Origin: Myxococcota bacterium
GTDB lineage: Bacteria; Myxococcota_A; UBA9160; UBA6930
NCBI GenBank assembly: GCA_965223705.1
Contig: OZ245015.1
Coordinates: 3,872,001 to 3,936,000 of the forward strand
DNA: 64,000 nucleotides
Reading direction: 5' to 3'
Made by a program: the position numbers and the translations under genes. The notes beneath the pieces are model-generated. The model saw nothing but the letters and a program-made list of their open reading frames with translations. It searched no databases and had not been told where the DNA came from. Below, in pieces: positions 10,473 to 20,542 of the stretch. Position 1 is the first letter of the stretch. Each line of letters opens with the position of its first letter.

Positions 10473-10767
10473 GGCCGGAATGTCGCGCATCGTCGAAGCC
10501 CGCGCCGCGACTGGGGAAGGACGCCGAATCCCCGAGGGGCAACATTTTCTGAGTGGGTGACGAGGCTCATCGCGCGTTTTGAAAGACCCGCCGTTGCTTT
10601 CGAGACGACCGGTTAGTTGGTTTTTTTGCCAGCCGGGCTCTTCGCCGTCGGGACCCGCAAAAAAGGTCTGGAAATTATTGGGTTTTGGTTAGAAAATGAC
10701 CCGATCACGTGGAGGCCCCCCGAACCCAAGTGGCGTGAGCAGCGTCTTATTTTCAATCACTGCGCCG

Positions 10768-11072
10768 GAGTTGCCGGCTCGTGAACCCTGCTCGCCGCCC
10801 TAATCCGGCTCGGTTCTGGTGGTTGTCGTGGCAGGTTCCGCTCACGCGGTGCCGGCGCTGCACGAAGCGTAGGCCGCAGGGGCGCGCGAGGCGCCCCACG
10901 GGGTGAGATCAACGGCCGGGGAACCCGCTGGCTAGAGCTGGCGCGTAAGTCCCCGCCCGCAACATCAAGCGATGACGACCGCGGTGACTGCGAAAACAGC
11001 ACTTCGGTAAGGCGAGCGAGCAGCGGAACGAGAAAATGGGACGCCACCAACTGGGTCACGAGACAACAACTC
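10768..11072 (+). ncRNA. candidate structured RNA or 5' leader upstream of the sigma factor gene
   Basis: Nested long-range complementary segments and several internal hairpins in a non-coding interval; strand inferred from the downstream gene. Confidence 0.35.
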
Positions 11073-11109
11073 TTGTGAGCTCGGGGCGCATCCGGAGATA
11101 GACGGAACC

Positions 11110-12648
11110 GTGCGGAACGAGCAAGTACAGACCAAAGCTACGGGCGCGTCGACCAAGAGGTCCGGCAGCACCAAGGTCAGTCGGTCCAAGACCAAGGCCG
11201 ACTCGACGTCCGCTCCGGTGGGTGTCGAGCCGGCGGGCGCTTCGGCCAAAACAGCGAAAGGTACATCGGTGAAGCTCGAGGAGAAGTTCAAGGCGTTGAC
11301 CCGCGAAGGGGCGACCCCCTCTCGCAGTGGCGTCGGGGTCGTTCTCCCTGCGGAAGATTCGGATGCGGCCCGGGAGCGCCGCCCTCTCGAATCCTATTTC
11401 CAGGAAATCGGCGGGACGCGGACCCTCAAGCGGGAAGAAGAAGTCTTTCTCGCGAAGGAGCTCGAAGACGCTACGGCTGCGCTCCGCGACGCGCTTTACC
11501 TGGTCCCCGTCGCCGCGCGACACGTCGTGGCGCGTTGGGACGGGCTGCGCGCCCTCTCCCACACCGGAGCCAAGCTCTCCGAAGCGGCCGGCGACGAAGA
11601 CACCGGCGAGGTCGCCGCGCGCGTCGAGCGGGCTGTCCAGCGCACGCGGAAGCACTTGGCGCGGCACGATCGGCTGACGGAGCAAGGCTCCTCTCGGCAG
11701 ACCCTGACGCGTATCGAGAAGTCCATCGCGAAAGAGCTCCACAGTGCCCAACTGTCGCTGGCTCTTCTGTCCGAGCTGCGACAACGCGTGACCGGACTCG
11801 CGCGAAACGTGCGCCGAACACGACGGGGCACGAAGAAGTTGATCGAGTACGAACGAGAAGCGGGTCTCGACAAAGAGCTCTTCAGCGTTCGCGTGGGCGA
11901 CGTCGAAGATGCACACGAGCGCATGACGCTCGTCAAGAACCGCTTCATCGAGCACAACCTGAAGCTCGTCGTCGCGATCGCGAAGGATTACCGGAACCTC
12001 GGCCTCTCGTTCCCCGATCTGATCCAAGAGGGCAACCTCGGGCTGATCCGCGCAGTGGAGAAGTTCGATCATCGGCGGGGATTCAAGTTCTCGACCTACG
12101 CTGTGTGGTGGATCCGCCAGGCGCTGGTGCGGGCGATTCAGAATCACTCGCGAACCATCCGCCTGCCCTCCCACGTGCACGACCGCCTTCAGCGGAGCCA
12201 ACGCGTCAAGGCCGAGCTCACCGGGAAGCTCGGGCGCGAACCCACGCCCGCGGAGCTCGCTCCGGCGCTCGACACCGATCAGGATTCGCTCGAAGCCCTC
12301 GACCGCTTGTCCCGAGAAGCGATCTCCCTCGAGTCCACGGTGGCGGGGACGGAGAAGCGGCTGGAAGATTTCGTCGCGGATCCGATCAACATCGCGCCGA
12401 CCGGCGGAATCGATGACGATCGGATGCGGGTCGGCGTCGGCCACCTCATCGCAAGCTTGTCGGACCGCGAGCAGTTGATCCTTCGCTTGCGCTACGGCCT
12501 CGGTGGCGAAGAAGAGCACACCCTCGAGCAGATCGGGCAGTCGCTCGGCCTGTCGCGCGAACGCGTGCGGCAGCTCGAAGCTCGGGCGCTGAAAAAGCTC
12601 CGCGACACCGCGCCGGCGCAGCGGCTACATCCGATCCTCGATCCCTGA
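11110..12648 (+). CDS. RNA polymerase sigma-70 factor, RpoD/SigA-like
   Basis: Region 1.2 YFQEIG, region 2 [43 protein letters not shown], region 4 [16 protein letters not shown]. Confidence 0.93.
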   Translation: MRNEQVQTKATGASTKRSGSTKVSRSKTKADSTSAPVGVEPAGASAKTAKGTSVKLEEKFKALTREGATPSRSGVGVVLPAEDSDAARERRPLESYFQEIGGTRTLKREEEVFLAKELEDATAALRDALYLVPVAARHVVARWDGLRALSHTGAKLSEAAGDEDTGEVAARVERAVQRTRKHLARHDRLTEQGSSRQTLTRIEKSIAKELHSAQLSLALLSELRQRVTGLARNVRRTRRGTKKLIEYEREAGLDKELFSVRVGDVEDAHERMTLVKNRFIEHNLKLVVAIAKDYRNLGLSFPDLIQEGNLGLIRAVEKFDHRRGFKFSTYAVWWIRQALVRAIQNHSRTIRLPSHVHDRLQRSQRVKAELTGKLGREPTPAELAPALDTDQDSLEALDRLSREAISLESTVAGTEKRLEDFVADPINIAPTGGIDDDRMRVGVGHLIASLSDREQLILRLRYGLGGEEEHTLEQIGQSLGLSRERVRQLEARALKKLRDTAPAQRLHPILDP

Positions 12649-12660
12649 TCGTCGGGCGCG

Positions 12661-13443
12661 CTAGCGCAAGCCGAGCCAGACCAGGAACAGCGCCCCGGCG
12701 GCCACGTCGTAGTAGGCGAACCGGTGGAATGCGCCTGTCTTGAGCAAGCGTACGAACAGCGTGAGCGCGAGCACCCCGGAGACGAGCGCGACGACGACGC
12801 CGAGGCCCAGCGTCAGCTGAGTCCGCGCGTCAACCGCACCGAGATCGCCGATCGAAAGAAGCGCCGCTCCCCCGATCGCAGCGACGGACAAGAGGAACGA
12901 GAACTCCGCCGCCGACTCGGAACGGACGCCGAGTGCCAGTGCCGCGGCGACGGTCGCGCCGCTCCGAGAAATGCCGGGCACGATCGCGGCCGCCTGTGCG
13001 CAGCCGATCAACACGGCAGCGAGCCAGCTCGGCTCGCCTGCGGAAGCCTTGGGGAGGGTGTAACGCGTCGTCCACAAGAAGGCGGCCGTTACGAGCAGCG
13101 CGACTCCGGCGACCCAGGGCGTACCGAAGAGCCCTTCGAGAAAATCCCGAAACAGGAGCACGACCAACACGGCGGGCACGGTGCCGGCGGCGAGCTTCCC
13201 GAGGTAGATCCAGACGGAGAACTCCCGGCGGATCGCGCCTTCGAGTAGTCCCCAGATGCGGGCGCGGTAGAACCAGAGCACCGCGGCGAGCGTGCCCACG
13301 TGGAGAGCGACTTCGAAGAGGACCCCGCCCTCTTCGACCCCGAGGACTTCCTGGGCCATCACCAGGTGCCCGGAGCTCGAGATCGGAAGAAATTCCGAGA
13401 GCCCTTGGACGAGCCCCAGCAGCAGGGCGGTCAGGACGTCCAT
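12661..13443 (-). CDS. uppP: undecaprenyl-diphosphate phosphatase
   Basis: QGLSEFLPISSSGH, PGISRSGAT, AEFSF motifs. Confidence 0.95.
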   Translation of the reverse strand: MDVLTALLLGLVQGLSEFLPISSSGHLVMAQEVLGVEEGGVLFEVALHVGTLAAVLWFYRARIWGLLEGAIRREFSVWIYLGKLAAGTVPAVLVVLLFRDFLEGLFGTPWVAGVALLVTAAFLWTTRYTLPKASAGEPSWLAAVLIGCAQAAAIVPGISRSGATVAAALALGVRSESAAEFSFLLSVAAIGGAALLSIGDLGAVDARTQLTLGLGVVVALVSGVLALTLFVRLLKTGAFHRFAYYDVAAGALFLVWLGLR

Positions 13444-13485
13444 GTACGTGTCTCCCCCGAGAACGACTCGCCTGGGAGTCGCTCG

Positions 13486-16400
13486 CTAGGCGGTGCCGAG
13501 CTCTCGGGGGGAAGTTCCGGCGGCGGCGACCGGCGCACGACCGCGCAGTCGGCGCCGCAACCCATCTACGGCCAGGTAGGTAGCGGGTACAGCGAAGATC
13601 GTCAGCACCGTCGAGAAGAACATGCCGCCGACGACGGCGACGCCCAGCGGGGCGCGGGTCTCGCCTCCCGCTCCCGCGCCGAGCGCGATCGGCGTGATGC
13701 CCGCGATGGTCGCGATCGCCGTCATGAGGATCGGCCGGAACCGGGTGCGCGCCGCCTCGAAGATGGCCGCGCGCGCGTCGCTCCCGCTCTCGCGCAGCTG
13801 GTTCGCGAACTCGACGATCAGGATCGAATTCTTGGTGACCAACCCCACAAGCATCACCAGGCCGATCTTGCTGTAGAGGTTGAGCGTCATATCGAACCCT
13901 TTGAGCGCGACCAGAGCGCCGGTGAACGACAGGGCGACGGCGACGAGGATCGTGAATGGATCGATAAAGCTCTCGAACTGTGCGGCGAGCACGAGAAATA
14001 CCACGACGATGGCGAGCACGTACGCGAAGGCGAGCGACCCGCTCGACTCGAAGAATCGTTCGGACTCACCGACAAACGCCAATTGGTAGCCCGCGGCCGG
14101 GTCGAGCAATTCGCCGGCGACGGCCTGGACCTGTGCGAGTGCTTCACCCTGTGCGTAGGTTCCGAGGCGCGACTGCACTTTGACGGAACGCCTGCGGTCG
14201 TAGTGGGACAGCGCGCGAGGCGCCACGGTTTCCTTCGCATCGACGACCGACGCCATGGGGACGAGCTGCTCGTTCTTGCCCCGGACGTAGAGGCCCATCA
14301 TGTCGATCGTACGACTCCGATCGGTGCGGGGAAGCTGCGCCATGACGTCGTAGGTTTCGCCTCCGAGCTTGAAGGTCGAGAGGTCGACGCCGCCGAGGAG
14401 GATTTGCAGCGTCGTCGCGACGTCCCGCACCGAAACGCCCAAGTCTCCGGCGCGGTCTCGATCGATGCGGACTTCGAGTTGGGGCTTGTTCAAGTACAGG
14501 TCGTCACGCATTTGCGAGTAACCGCCCGTGGCCATGAGCCGCCCGACCATCGCGTTCGATAGCTTCTTGAGCTCGGCGACGTCGGGACCCTGGATCACGA
14601 ACTCCACCGGGGCACCGCGAAACGTACGCATGGGAGACGGTTCAAACGGGTAGACCGTGATCCCGGGAATCGTGGAAAACGGCGGAAACAGCGCCTTCGC
14701 GACTTCCGACTGACTGCGCTCGCGCTCTTCGGGCGGCTTCAACGGGATCCACAAGAAGCCCTCGTTCACCTGGCCCGGCGTGTCCAGCCCGAGGGACACG
14801 ACGGAAAACACGCGCCGCGTCTCGGGCATCCCCCGCGCGACGGCTTCGGCCTGCAACTGGTAGCGGTTGGTGTACTCGAGGGTGCTGCCCTCGGGCGCCT
14901 GGGTGAACGCCATCACCGTACTCCGGTCGTTCGGAGTCACGAGCTCCTGGTCGATGGTGCGGTAGAGGTAGACGCCGGCCGCCACCCAGACGAGAGCGAT
15001 CGCAAAGACCGAAACCCGGTGGTGCAACATGAAACCGAGCAGATGCCCGTAGCCGCGGGCCAGCGCGTCGAAGCCCCGTTCGAGCGCGGCCTTCAGGCCG
15101 TGATCCTTTCCGTGCCGCCGCAAGATCAGCGCGCAGAGCGCGGGTGAGAGCGTGAGCGCGACGAAGCCGGAAATGAGGAGCGCCGCGGCGACGGTGACGC
15201 CGAACTCCCGGAACAGGCGTCCGGTGGTATCGGTGAGGAAGGTCAGCGGGGCGAAGACCGCGACGGCGGAGATCGTCGCCGCGACGACCGCGAATGAGAT
15301 CTCGCGCATTCCGCGAACCGCCGCTTCGCGCGCCGGTACGCCCGATTCCACCCATCGGGCGATGTTCTCCAAGACGACGATCGCGTCGTCCACGACGAGC
15401 CCGATCGCGAGGGTCACCCCCATCAAGGTCAGGGTGTTGATCGTGAAGCCCAGGAAGTAGAGGATCGCGAAGGTGCCGACGATCGAAACGGGAATCGCGA
15501 TCGCGGGAACCAACGTCGCGCGCGCGCTGCGCAAGAAGAGATAGATCACGAACACAACCAGGAGAACCGCTTCGAAAATCGTGCGCGTCACATCGCGAAT
15601 GGACTCGCGGATGAATTCGGAGCCGTCCCAAGCCGCTTCGAGCGTCACGCCTTCGGGAAGTGTCGGGCGGATCTTCGCGAGCTCCGCCTGGACGCGGTCG
15701 GCGACATCGAGCGTGTTGGCCTTGCTCTGCTTGACCACTCCCAAGCCCACCGCGGGCCGACCGTTGAAACGGACGAGCTTTCGTTCGTCTTCCGGCCCGA
15801 CCTCGACGCGGGCGACGTCCCGCAGCCGAATGGGATCGCCATTGCGAACGGCGATGGTGAGCGCGCCGTACCCCTCGGCCGTGTGCAGTTCGCCGAGGCT
15901 GCGGACGGTGTACTCGACGTCGGGGCCTTCCATACGGCCCGACGGCAGATCGACGTTTTCCCGCTGCAGCGCCGTCGCGACGTCGGCGATGGTCAGCCGC
16001 CGCGCCGTCAGCTGCGCGTTGTCGATCCAGATGCGCATCGCGTAGCGACGCTCGCCGCCGATAATGACCGCGGACACGCCGAGAAGCTTCGAGAGGCGGT
16101 CTTTGATGTGGCTCTCGACGATCTGCGTGAGCTCGAGCATCGTGTAATTCGAGCCCGACAGAGCGAGCCACATGATGGCGCTCGCGTCGGAGTCGCGTTT
16201 CGCGACGAGTGGATCTTCGACTTCTTCCGGCAGCGCGCCGCGCGACCGCGCGACGCGGTCGCGCACGTCGTTCGCCGCCGCTTCGAGGTCGCGGCCGAGC
16301 TCGAACTCGACGGTGATTTCCGAGACTTGTTCGCGGCTCTTGGAGGTCAGGTGCTTCACGCCGTCAATGCCGATGAGCTGATCTTCGAGCGGCTCCGTCA

Positions 16401-16587
16401 CCGACGTCTCGACCACTTCCGGCGCCGCGCCCGGATAGATCGTCGTCACAGAGACGACGGGCGGATCGATATCGGGCAGCTCTCGATTCGGGAGCCGATC
16501 GAGGGCGATCGCACCGAACAACACGATCACGAGCGACATCACGGTCGCGAGGACCGGGCGCTCGATACAGACTTCGGAAAACTTCAC
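13486..16587 (-). CDS. RND efflux transporter permease (AcrB family)
   Basis: 1033 aa; GLVVDDAIVVLENI, KNSILIVEFA, RFRPILMT. Confidence 0.95.
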   Translation of the reverse strand: MKFSEVCIERPVLATVMSLVIVLFGAIALDRLPNRELPDIDPPVVSVTTIYPGAAPEVVETSVTEPLEDQLIGIDGVKHLTSKSREQVSEITVEFELGRDLEAAANDVRDRVARSRGALPEEVEDPLVAKRDSDASAIMWLALSGSNYTMLELTQIVESHIKDRLSKLLGVSAVIIGGERRYAMRIWIDNAQLTARRLTIADVATALQRENVDLPSGRMEGPDVEYTVRSLGELHTAEGYGALTIAVRNGDPIRLRDVARVEVGPEDERKLVRFNGRPAVGLGVVKQSKANTLDVADRVQAELAKIRPTLPEGVTLEAAWDGSEFIRESIRDVTRTIFEAVLLVVFVIYLFLRSARATLVPAIAIPVSIVGTFAILYFLGFTINTLTLMGVTLAIGLVVDDAIVVLENIARWVESGVPAREAAVRGMREISFAVVAATISAVAVFAPLTFLTDTTGRLFREFGVTVAAALLISGFVALTLSPALCALILRRHGKDHGLKAALERGFDALARGYGHLLGFMLHHRVSVFAIALVWVAAGVYLYRTIDQELVTPNDRSTVMAFTQAPEGSTLEYTNRYQLQAEAVARGMPETRRVFSVVSLGLDTPGQVNEGFLWIPLKPPEERERSQSEVAKALFPPFSTIPGITVYPFEPSPMRTFRGAPVEFVIQGPDVAELKKLSNAMVGRLMATGGYSQMRDDLYLNKPQLEVRIDRDRAGDLGVSVRDVATTLQILLGGVDLSTFKLGGETYDVMAQLPRTDRSRTIDMMGLYVRGKNEQLVPMASVVDAKETVAPRALSHYDRRRSVKVQSRLGTYAQGEALAQVQAVAGELLDPAAGYQLAFVGESERFFESSGSLAFAYVLAIVVVFLVLAAQFESFIDPFTILVAVALSFTGALVALKGFDMTLNLYSKIGLVMLVGLVTKNSILIVEFANQLRESGSDARAAIFEAARTRFRPILMTAIATIAGITPIALGAGAGGETRAPLGVAVVGGMFFSTVLTIFAVPATYLAVDGLRRRLRGRAPVAAAGTSPRELGTA

Positions 16588-16591
16588 GGGG

Positions 16592-17686
16592 TCACGAACC
16601 CGTGCCCTCGGAGATTTCCGGGGAGGCTGTCTCGACGGGTTCCGCCGGGGACAGGGGCGCGCCTTCCATCACTTTGTGAACGCCGCTCGAGACGACTCGG
16701 TCACCGGGGCGAAGACCGGTGACGATCTCGACCTCGCCGTCTTGACGCTCGCCGAGCTCCACCAGGGTTGTGTGGGGGCGGTTGTCGTCGTCGACAGTCC
16801 AGACAAAAGGCCCTTCGAGGCCGTACAGGAGCGCCGATTCAGGGATCATGATCGCCTCCTGACGCTCCGCCAGCTCTGCGACGATCTTCGCGAATAACCC
16901 CGGTCGGAGCCGACCGTCCGGGTTCGGGATCCAGGCCTTGCACGGCAGGCGGCGAAGCGCCGGATCGAGGGTCGGCGATACGAAGAAGATCTCGCCGGGG
17001 AACGTTTCATCGGGGTACGGTGCGACGCGGATCTTCACCGGAATACCCGGCCGGACCCGCGCCGAGTAGGTCTCGACGACCGAGAAAAGCAGCTGGAGGC
17101 GATCCACGGCGTCGATACGGACCAGCGGGATCTCGGCGCTGACCCGGTCCCCCTCGTCGACCAAGCGGACGCCGACGGCGCCATCGAACGGGGCGCGAAT
17201 CGTCGTGCGATCGAGCTCGACGCGGGCCCGCGCAACGCGGGCTTTCGCCACGTCGAGCTCCGCGCGGGCGCTGTCGAGCTGGGCTGCGGACGAGATATCG
17301 CGCTCCGTCAGCACCCGGGTGCGGTTGTGCACTGCCCGAGCGAGTGCGAGCGCGGCCTGCGCTTCTCGAAGGACCGCCCGCTGCTCGTGATCGCGCAAGC
17401 GGAAGAGGACATCGCCCTCGCGTGCGGTCTGCCCCTCCTGGAACTCGATCGAAGCGACGACGCCGTCGATCTCCGATTTGACCTCGACGCTTTTCTCGGC
17501 CGCGAGCTGGCCGGGGATGTCGGCGGTCAGCTGGATCGCCCGGGGCTCCACCCGGAGGATCTCGACCACCGTCGGCGGCATGCCTTCGGCCTCCGGAGCC
17601 TCTGGCCGATCGCAAGCCGCAACCCACCCGAAGAGGATGAGCAGGCCGAGAAGGGGTGAACCCTGAAGGGGGCGGAAGGGGTGCAT
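16592..17686 (-). CDS. RND efflux periplasmic adaptor (MFP) lipoprotein
   Basis: Lipobox VAAC, IRAPFDG, LRPGLF; directly upstream of the RND permease. Confidence 0.92.
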   Translation of the reverse strand: MHPFRPLQGSPLLGLLILFGWVAACDRPEAPEAEGMPPTVVEILRVEPRAIQLTADIPGQLAAEKSVEVKSEIDGVVASIEFQEGQTAREGDVLFRLRDHEQRAVLREAQAALALARAVHNRTRVLTERDISSAAQLDSARAELDVAKARVARARVELDRTTIRAPFDGAVGVRLVDEGDRVSAEIPLVRIDAVDRLQLLFSVVETYSARVRPGIPVKIRVAPYPDETFPGEIFFVSPTLDPALRRLPCKAWIPNPDGRLRPGLFAKIVAELAERQEAIMIPESALLYGLEGPFVWTVDDDNRPHTTLVELGERQDGEVEIVTGLRPGDRVVSSGVHKVMEGAPLSPAEPVETASPEISEGTGS

Positions 17687-17784
17687 CGCCGGGAGTTTAT
17701 CGAATCGGCGGCGATCTCCGTGACGGCCCGAAGTTGCGCATTCCTGAGCCTTCCGGGGCCCGCTCTTCGGGTATGATTCGGCCC

Positions 17785-19326
17785 ATGCAACAGAATCTCG
17801 GTCTGTATCTGACGAAGCGGGCGCAGATTTCGCCCAACGTGGAAGCCCTTGTCGAGGTGGAGCGAGGCACTCGCTACACCTACGCGGAACTCAACGCGCG
17901 CTGCAACCGAATCGCGAACACGTTGGTCGCGGAAGGCGTCAAGCCCGGCGACCGCGTGGCGTTCTTGCTGATGAACGGCGTCGAGTACATCGAGGCTTAC
18001 TACGCCGTCGCAAAGATCGGCGCGGTGATGGTGCCCCTCAACTGGAGGCTCGTCCCCGAAGAGCTGGCCTTCATCCTCAAAGACTCCGGTTCGACGCTCC
18101 TCATCTACGACAACGAGTTCGATCAACAGGTCGGTGAGCTCCGCAACCTGGATACCGATCTCGGCCGTTTCGTCCGCGTCGGCGAGGCGCCGGATACGCC
18201 CGAATGGGCGCTTCACTACGAAGGTGAGTGCAGCACCGCGAGTGCGGACGAGCCCGAGATTGTGGGCGGCGGCGAGGATTTGCTCTTCATCATGTACACC
18301 TCGGGAACAACGGGGTTGCCGAAGGGCGCGGTGCACACCCACGCCACCATGGTCTGGGCCTGCAGCACCGTCGTGATGACCGCGGACGTGCGGTACCGAG
18401 ACCGCTACATCCAGATGCTCCCCATGTTCCACGTGGGCGCGCTGATGCCGGTCACCATGTGCCTGATCCGCGGCATGACGGCCGTCAACCTGCGGGCCTT
18501 CGATCCGGTCCAGGCGTGGAAGAGCATCTCCGAGGAAAAAGTCACGATCGCCCTCGGTGTCCCGGCCATGCTGCAGTTCATGCTGCAGGTGCCGAACCTT
18601 TCGGAATACGATTTCTCACAACTGCGCTGGATTCTCTCCGGGGCAGCTCCGGTTCCCGTCACGTTGATCGAGGCGTACTCGGAGATCGGCATCGAGATCC
18701 ACCAGATCTACGGCCTCACCGAGACCTGTGGGCCCGCATGCTTGATCAGCCCCGAGGAAGCGCTGGCGAAAGCGGGCTCGACGGGCCCGGGCTTCCTGTA
18801 CACCGCCGTTCGAGTCGTCGCCGACAACGGTGAGGACGTTTCCCCCGGCGAGATCGGTGAGGTCATCGTCAGCTGCCCCCACCTCATGAAGGAGTACTGG
18901 AACCGGCCCGAGGCGACGGCGGAGACGATCCGCGACGGCTGGCTCCACACCGGCGACCTGGCCACGACGGACAAAGAGGGCTTTGTCTACATCCAGGACC
19001 GCAAGAAGGACATGATCATCTCCGGGGGTGAAAACATCTATCCCGCCGAGATCGAGAATGTCCTGGTGGGCCACCCGGCGGTCGTCGAGGCGGCGGTCAT
19101 CGGGCAGCCCTCGGACAAGTGGGGAGAATCTCCGGCAGCGATCGTCGTGGTGAAAGCGGGAGAGACGCTCTCCGCCGCCGACGTCATGGGCCACTGCAAG
19201 GGCAAGCTCGCTGGCTTCAAACAGCCCAAAGCGGTGGAGTTCGTCGACGAGATTCCCCGCAATCCGTCGGGGAAGATCCTGAAGCGAATTCTGCGCGATC
19301 GCTACCCGGGCCCTGCTCCCGAGTAG
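17785..19326 (+). CDS. long-chain fatty-acid--CoA ligase
   Basis: YTSGTTGLPKG, YGLTE, GWLHTGD, DRKKDMIISGGENIYP, PSGKILKR. Confidence 0.93.
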   Translation: MQQNLGLYLTKRAQISPNVEALVEVERGTRYTYAELNARCNRIANTLVAEGVKPGDRVAFLLMNGVEYIEAYYAVAKIGAVMVPLNWRLVPEELAFILKDSGSTLLIYDNEFDQQVGELRNLDTDLGRFVRVGEAPDTPEWALHYEGECSTASADEPEIVGGGEDLLFIMYTSGTTGLPKGAVHTHATMVWACSTVVMTADVRYRDRYIQMLPMFHVGALMPVTMCLIRGMTAVNLRAFDPVQAWKSISEEKVTIALGVPAMLQFMLQVPNLSEYDFSQLRWILSGAAPVPVTLIEAYSEIGIEIHQIYGLTETCGPACLISPEEALAKAGSTGPGFLYTAVRVVADNGEDVSPGEIGEVIVSCPHLMKEYWNRPEATAETIRDGWLHTGDLATTDKEGFVYIQDRKKDMIISGGENIYPAEIENVLVGHPAVVEAAVIGQPSDKWGESPAAIVVVKAGETLSAADVMGHCKGKLAGFKQPKAVEFVDEIPRNPSGKILKRILRDRYPGPAPE

Positions 19327-19329
19327 CCC

Positions 19330-19950
19330 ATGCTCCTCGTGTGCCTCGACCTCGAGGGGGTTCTCGTCCCCGAGATCTGGATCGGTGTGGCCGAGCGCAC
19401 GGGAATCGACGCCCTGCGACGCACGACCCGCGACGAACCCGATTACGACAAGCTTATGCGCTACCGGCTAGATATCCTCGATCAACATGGTTTGGGGATC
19501 GCAGAGGTGCAGCAGACGCTTGCCGAAATGGAGCCCTTGCCGGGAGCGGCGGAGTTCGTTTCGGAGCTCCGCTCGTGGGCGCAGCTCATCATCCTCTCGG
19601 ACACGTTTTACCCCTTCGGGATGCCGCTGATGGAGCAGCTCGGCCAGCCCACCCTGTTCTGCCACGACCTCGATATCAGTGACAGCGGAAAAATCGTGAA
19701 CTACAACCTGCGCCAAGCCGACCCGAAACGCAGAGCCGTGGAAGCGTTCCACGGCTTGAATTTCAAGGTCTTAGCGGCGGGGGATTCCTACAACGACACG
19801 AGCATGCTCTCCGAGGCCGATGCGGGCATCCTCTTCCGGCCCCCGGAAAACGTGATTCGTGAATTTCCGCAGTTCCCCGTCGTCAAAACCCACGCAGCCC
19901 TGCATACAGAGCTACGCGCGGCGGCTCGGCGCATCGAAGACGCCAGCTAG
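19330..19950 (+). CDS. thrH: phosphoserine phosphatase / homoserine phosphotransferase
   Basis: CLDLEGVLVPEIW, TTRDEPDYD.LM, AAGDSYNDT. Confidence 0.93.
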   Translation: MLLVCLDLEGVLVPEIWIGVAERTGIDALRRTTRDEPDYDKLMRYRLDILDQHGLGIAEVQQTLAEMEPLPGAAEFVSELRSWAQLIILSDTFYPFGMPLMEQLGQPTLFCHDLDISDSGKIVNYNLRQADPKRRAVEAFHGLNFKVLAAGDSYNDTSMLSEADAGILFRPPENVIREFPQFPVVKTHAALHTELRAAARRIEDAS

Positions 19951-19972
19951 CCGGTTTTTTTGAGGAGAAAAC

Positions 19973-20488
19973 ATGCGCCTTGTGACCTGCCTTCTCTCGA
20001 TGATTGTCACCCTGGGGATCGCCTCCCTGGCTTGCGGAGAGGCCGGCCCTCCCGCCAAGGCCCCGGAAGCCGCCGCACCGGCAGCGACCCCCGACCCGAA
20101 ACCCGTCCAGGTGGCCCAGGCCAACCCCGGAAGCACGCCGATGGCCCATCACGAGGGTGATGGTGGGGCCTTCGCCTGCATTGGCGGCGATCCGAAAGCC
20201 GGAGAGACCCAGTACCAGACGTTCTGCTCGTCCTGCCACGGCCCGGGTGGCGACGGCGACGGACCGGCGGCTGCGGCGCTCGATCCCAAGCCCGCGAAAC
20301 ACAGCAACGGCGAGTACATGAATGCGCTGACGAACGAACACCTGACGAAGGTGATCGCCGAAGGAGGCGCTGCCGTCGGGAAGTCGCCGCTGATGGCACC
20401 TTGGGGCGGCGTGCTGAGCGAGCAGCAACTGAAGGACGTCGTCGCGTTCGTCCGTTCGCTGGCCGTGCCCGCCTACGCCTGCCCGTAG
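19973..20488 (+). CDS. monoheme cytochrome c lipoprotein
   Basis: Lipobox SLAC, CSSCH heme motif, GDGPAA, axial Met in LMAPW; GAGGAG SD. Confidence 0.88.
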   Translation: MRLVTCLLSMIVTLGIASLACGEAGPPAKAPEAAAPAATPDPKPVQVAQANPGSTPMAHHEGDGGAFACIGGDPKAGETQYQTFCSSCHGPGGDGDGPAAAALDPKPAKHSNGEYMNALTNEHLTKVIAEGGAAVGKSPLMAPWGGVLSEQQLKDVVAFVRSLAVPAYACP

Positions 20489-20514
20489 CGCGCACCAGAC
20501 CCAGACCGATTGAT

Positions 20515-20542
20515 GCGCCCGGCGGCCTAACCCGCCGGGCGC
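20515..20542. terminator. GC hairpin at a convergent gene junction
   Basis: GCGCCCGGCGG-loop-CCGCCGGGCGC between the cytochrome c gene and the PhyH gene end; no U-tract. Confidence 0.4.

Noticed and set aside
10990..11050. c-di-GMP-I riboswitch or hammerhead resemblance
   Set aside because: Fragments such as GGGACGC and GAAA occur, but the GGCAAA/GCAAAG core and the CUGANGA core are absent or out of order
11056..12519. Long antisense and alternate-frame ORFs here and throughout (for example 14642-16171, 42838-44757, 59709-62108)
   Set aside because: Shadow ORFs of high-GC genes; Arg/Pro-rich with no recognisable motifs
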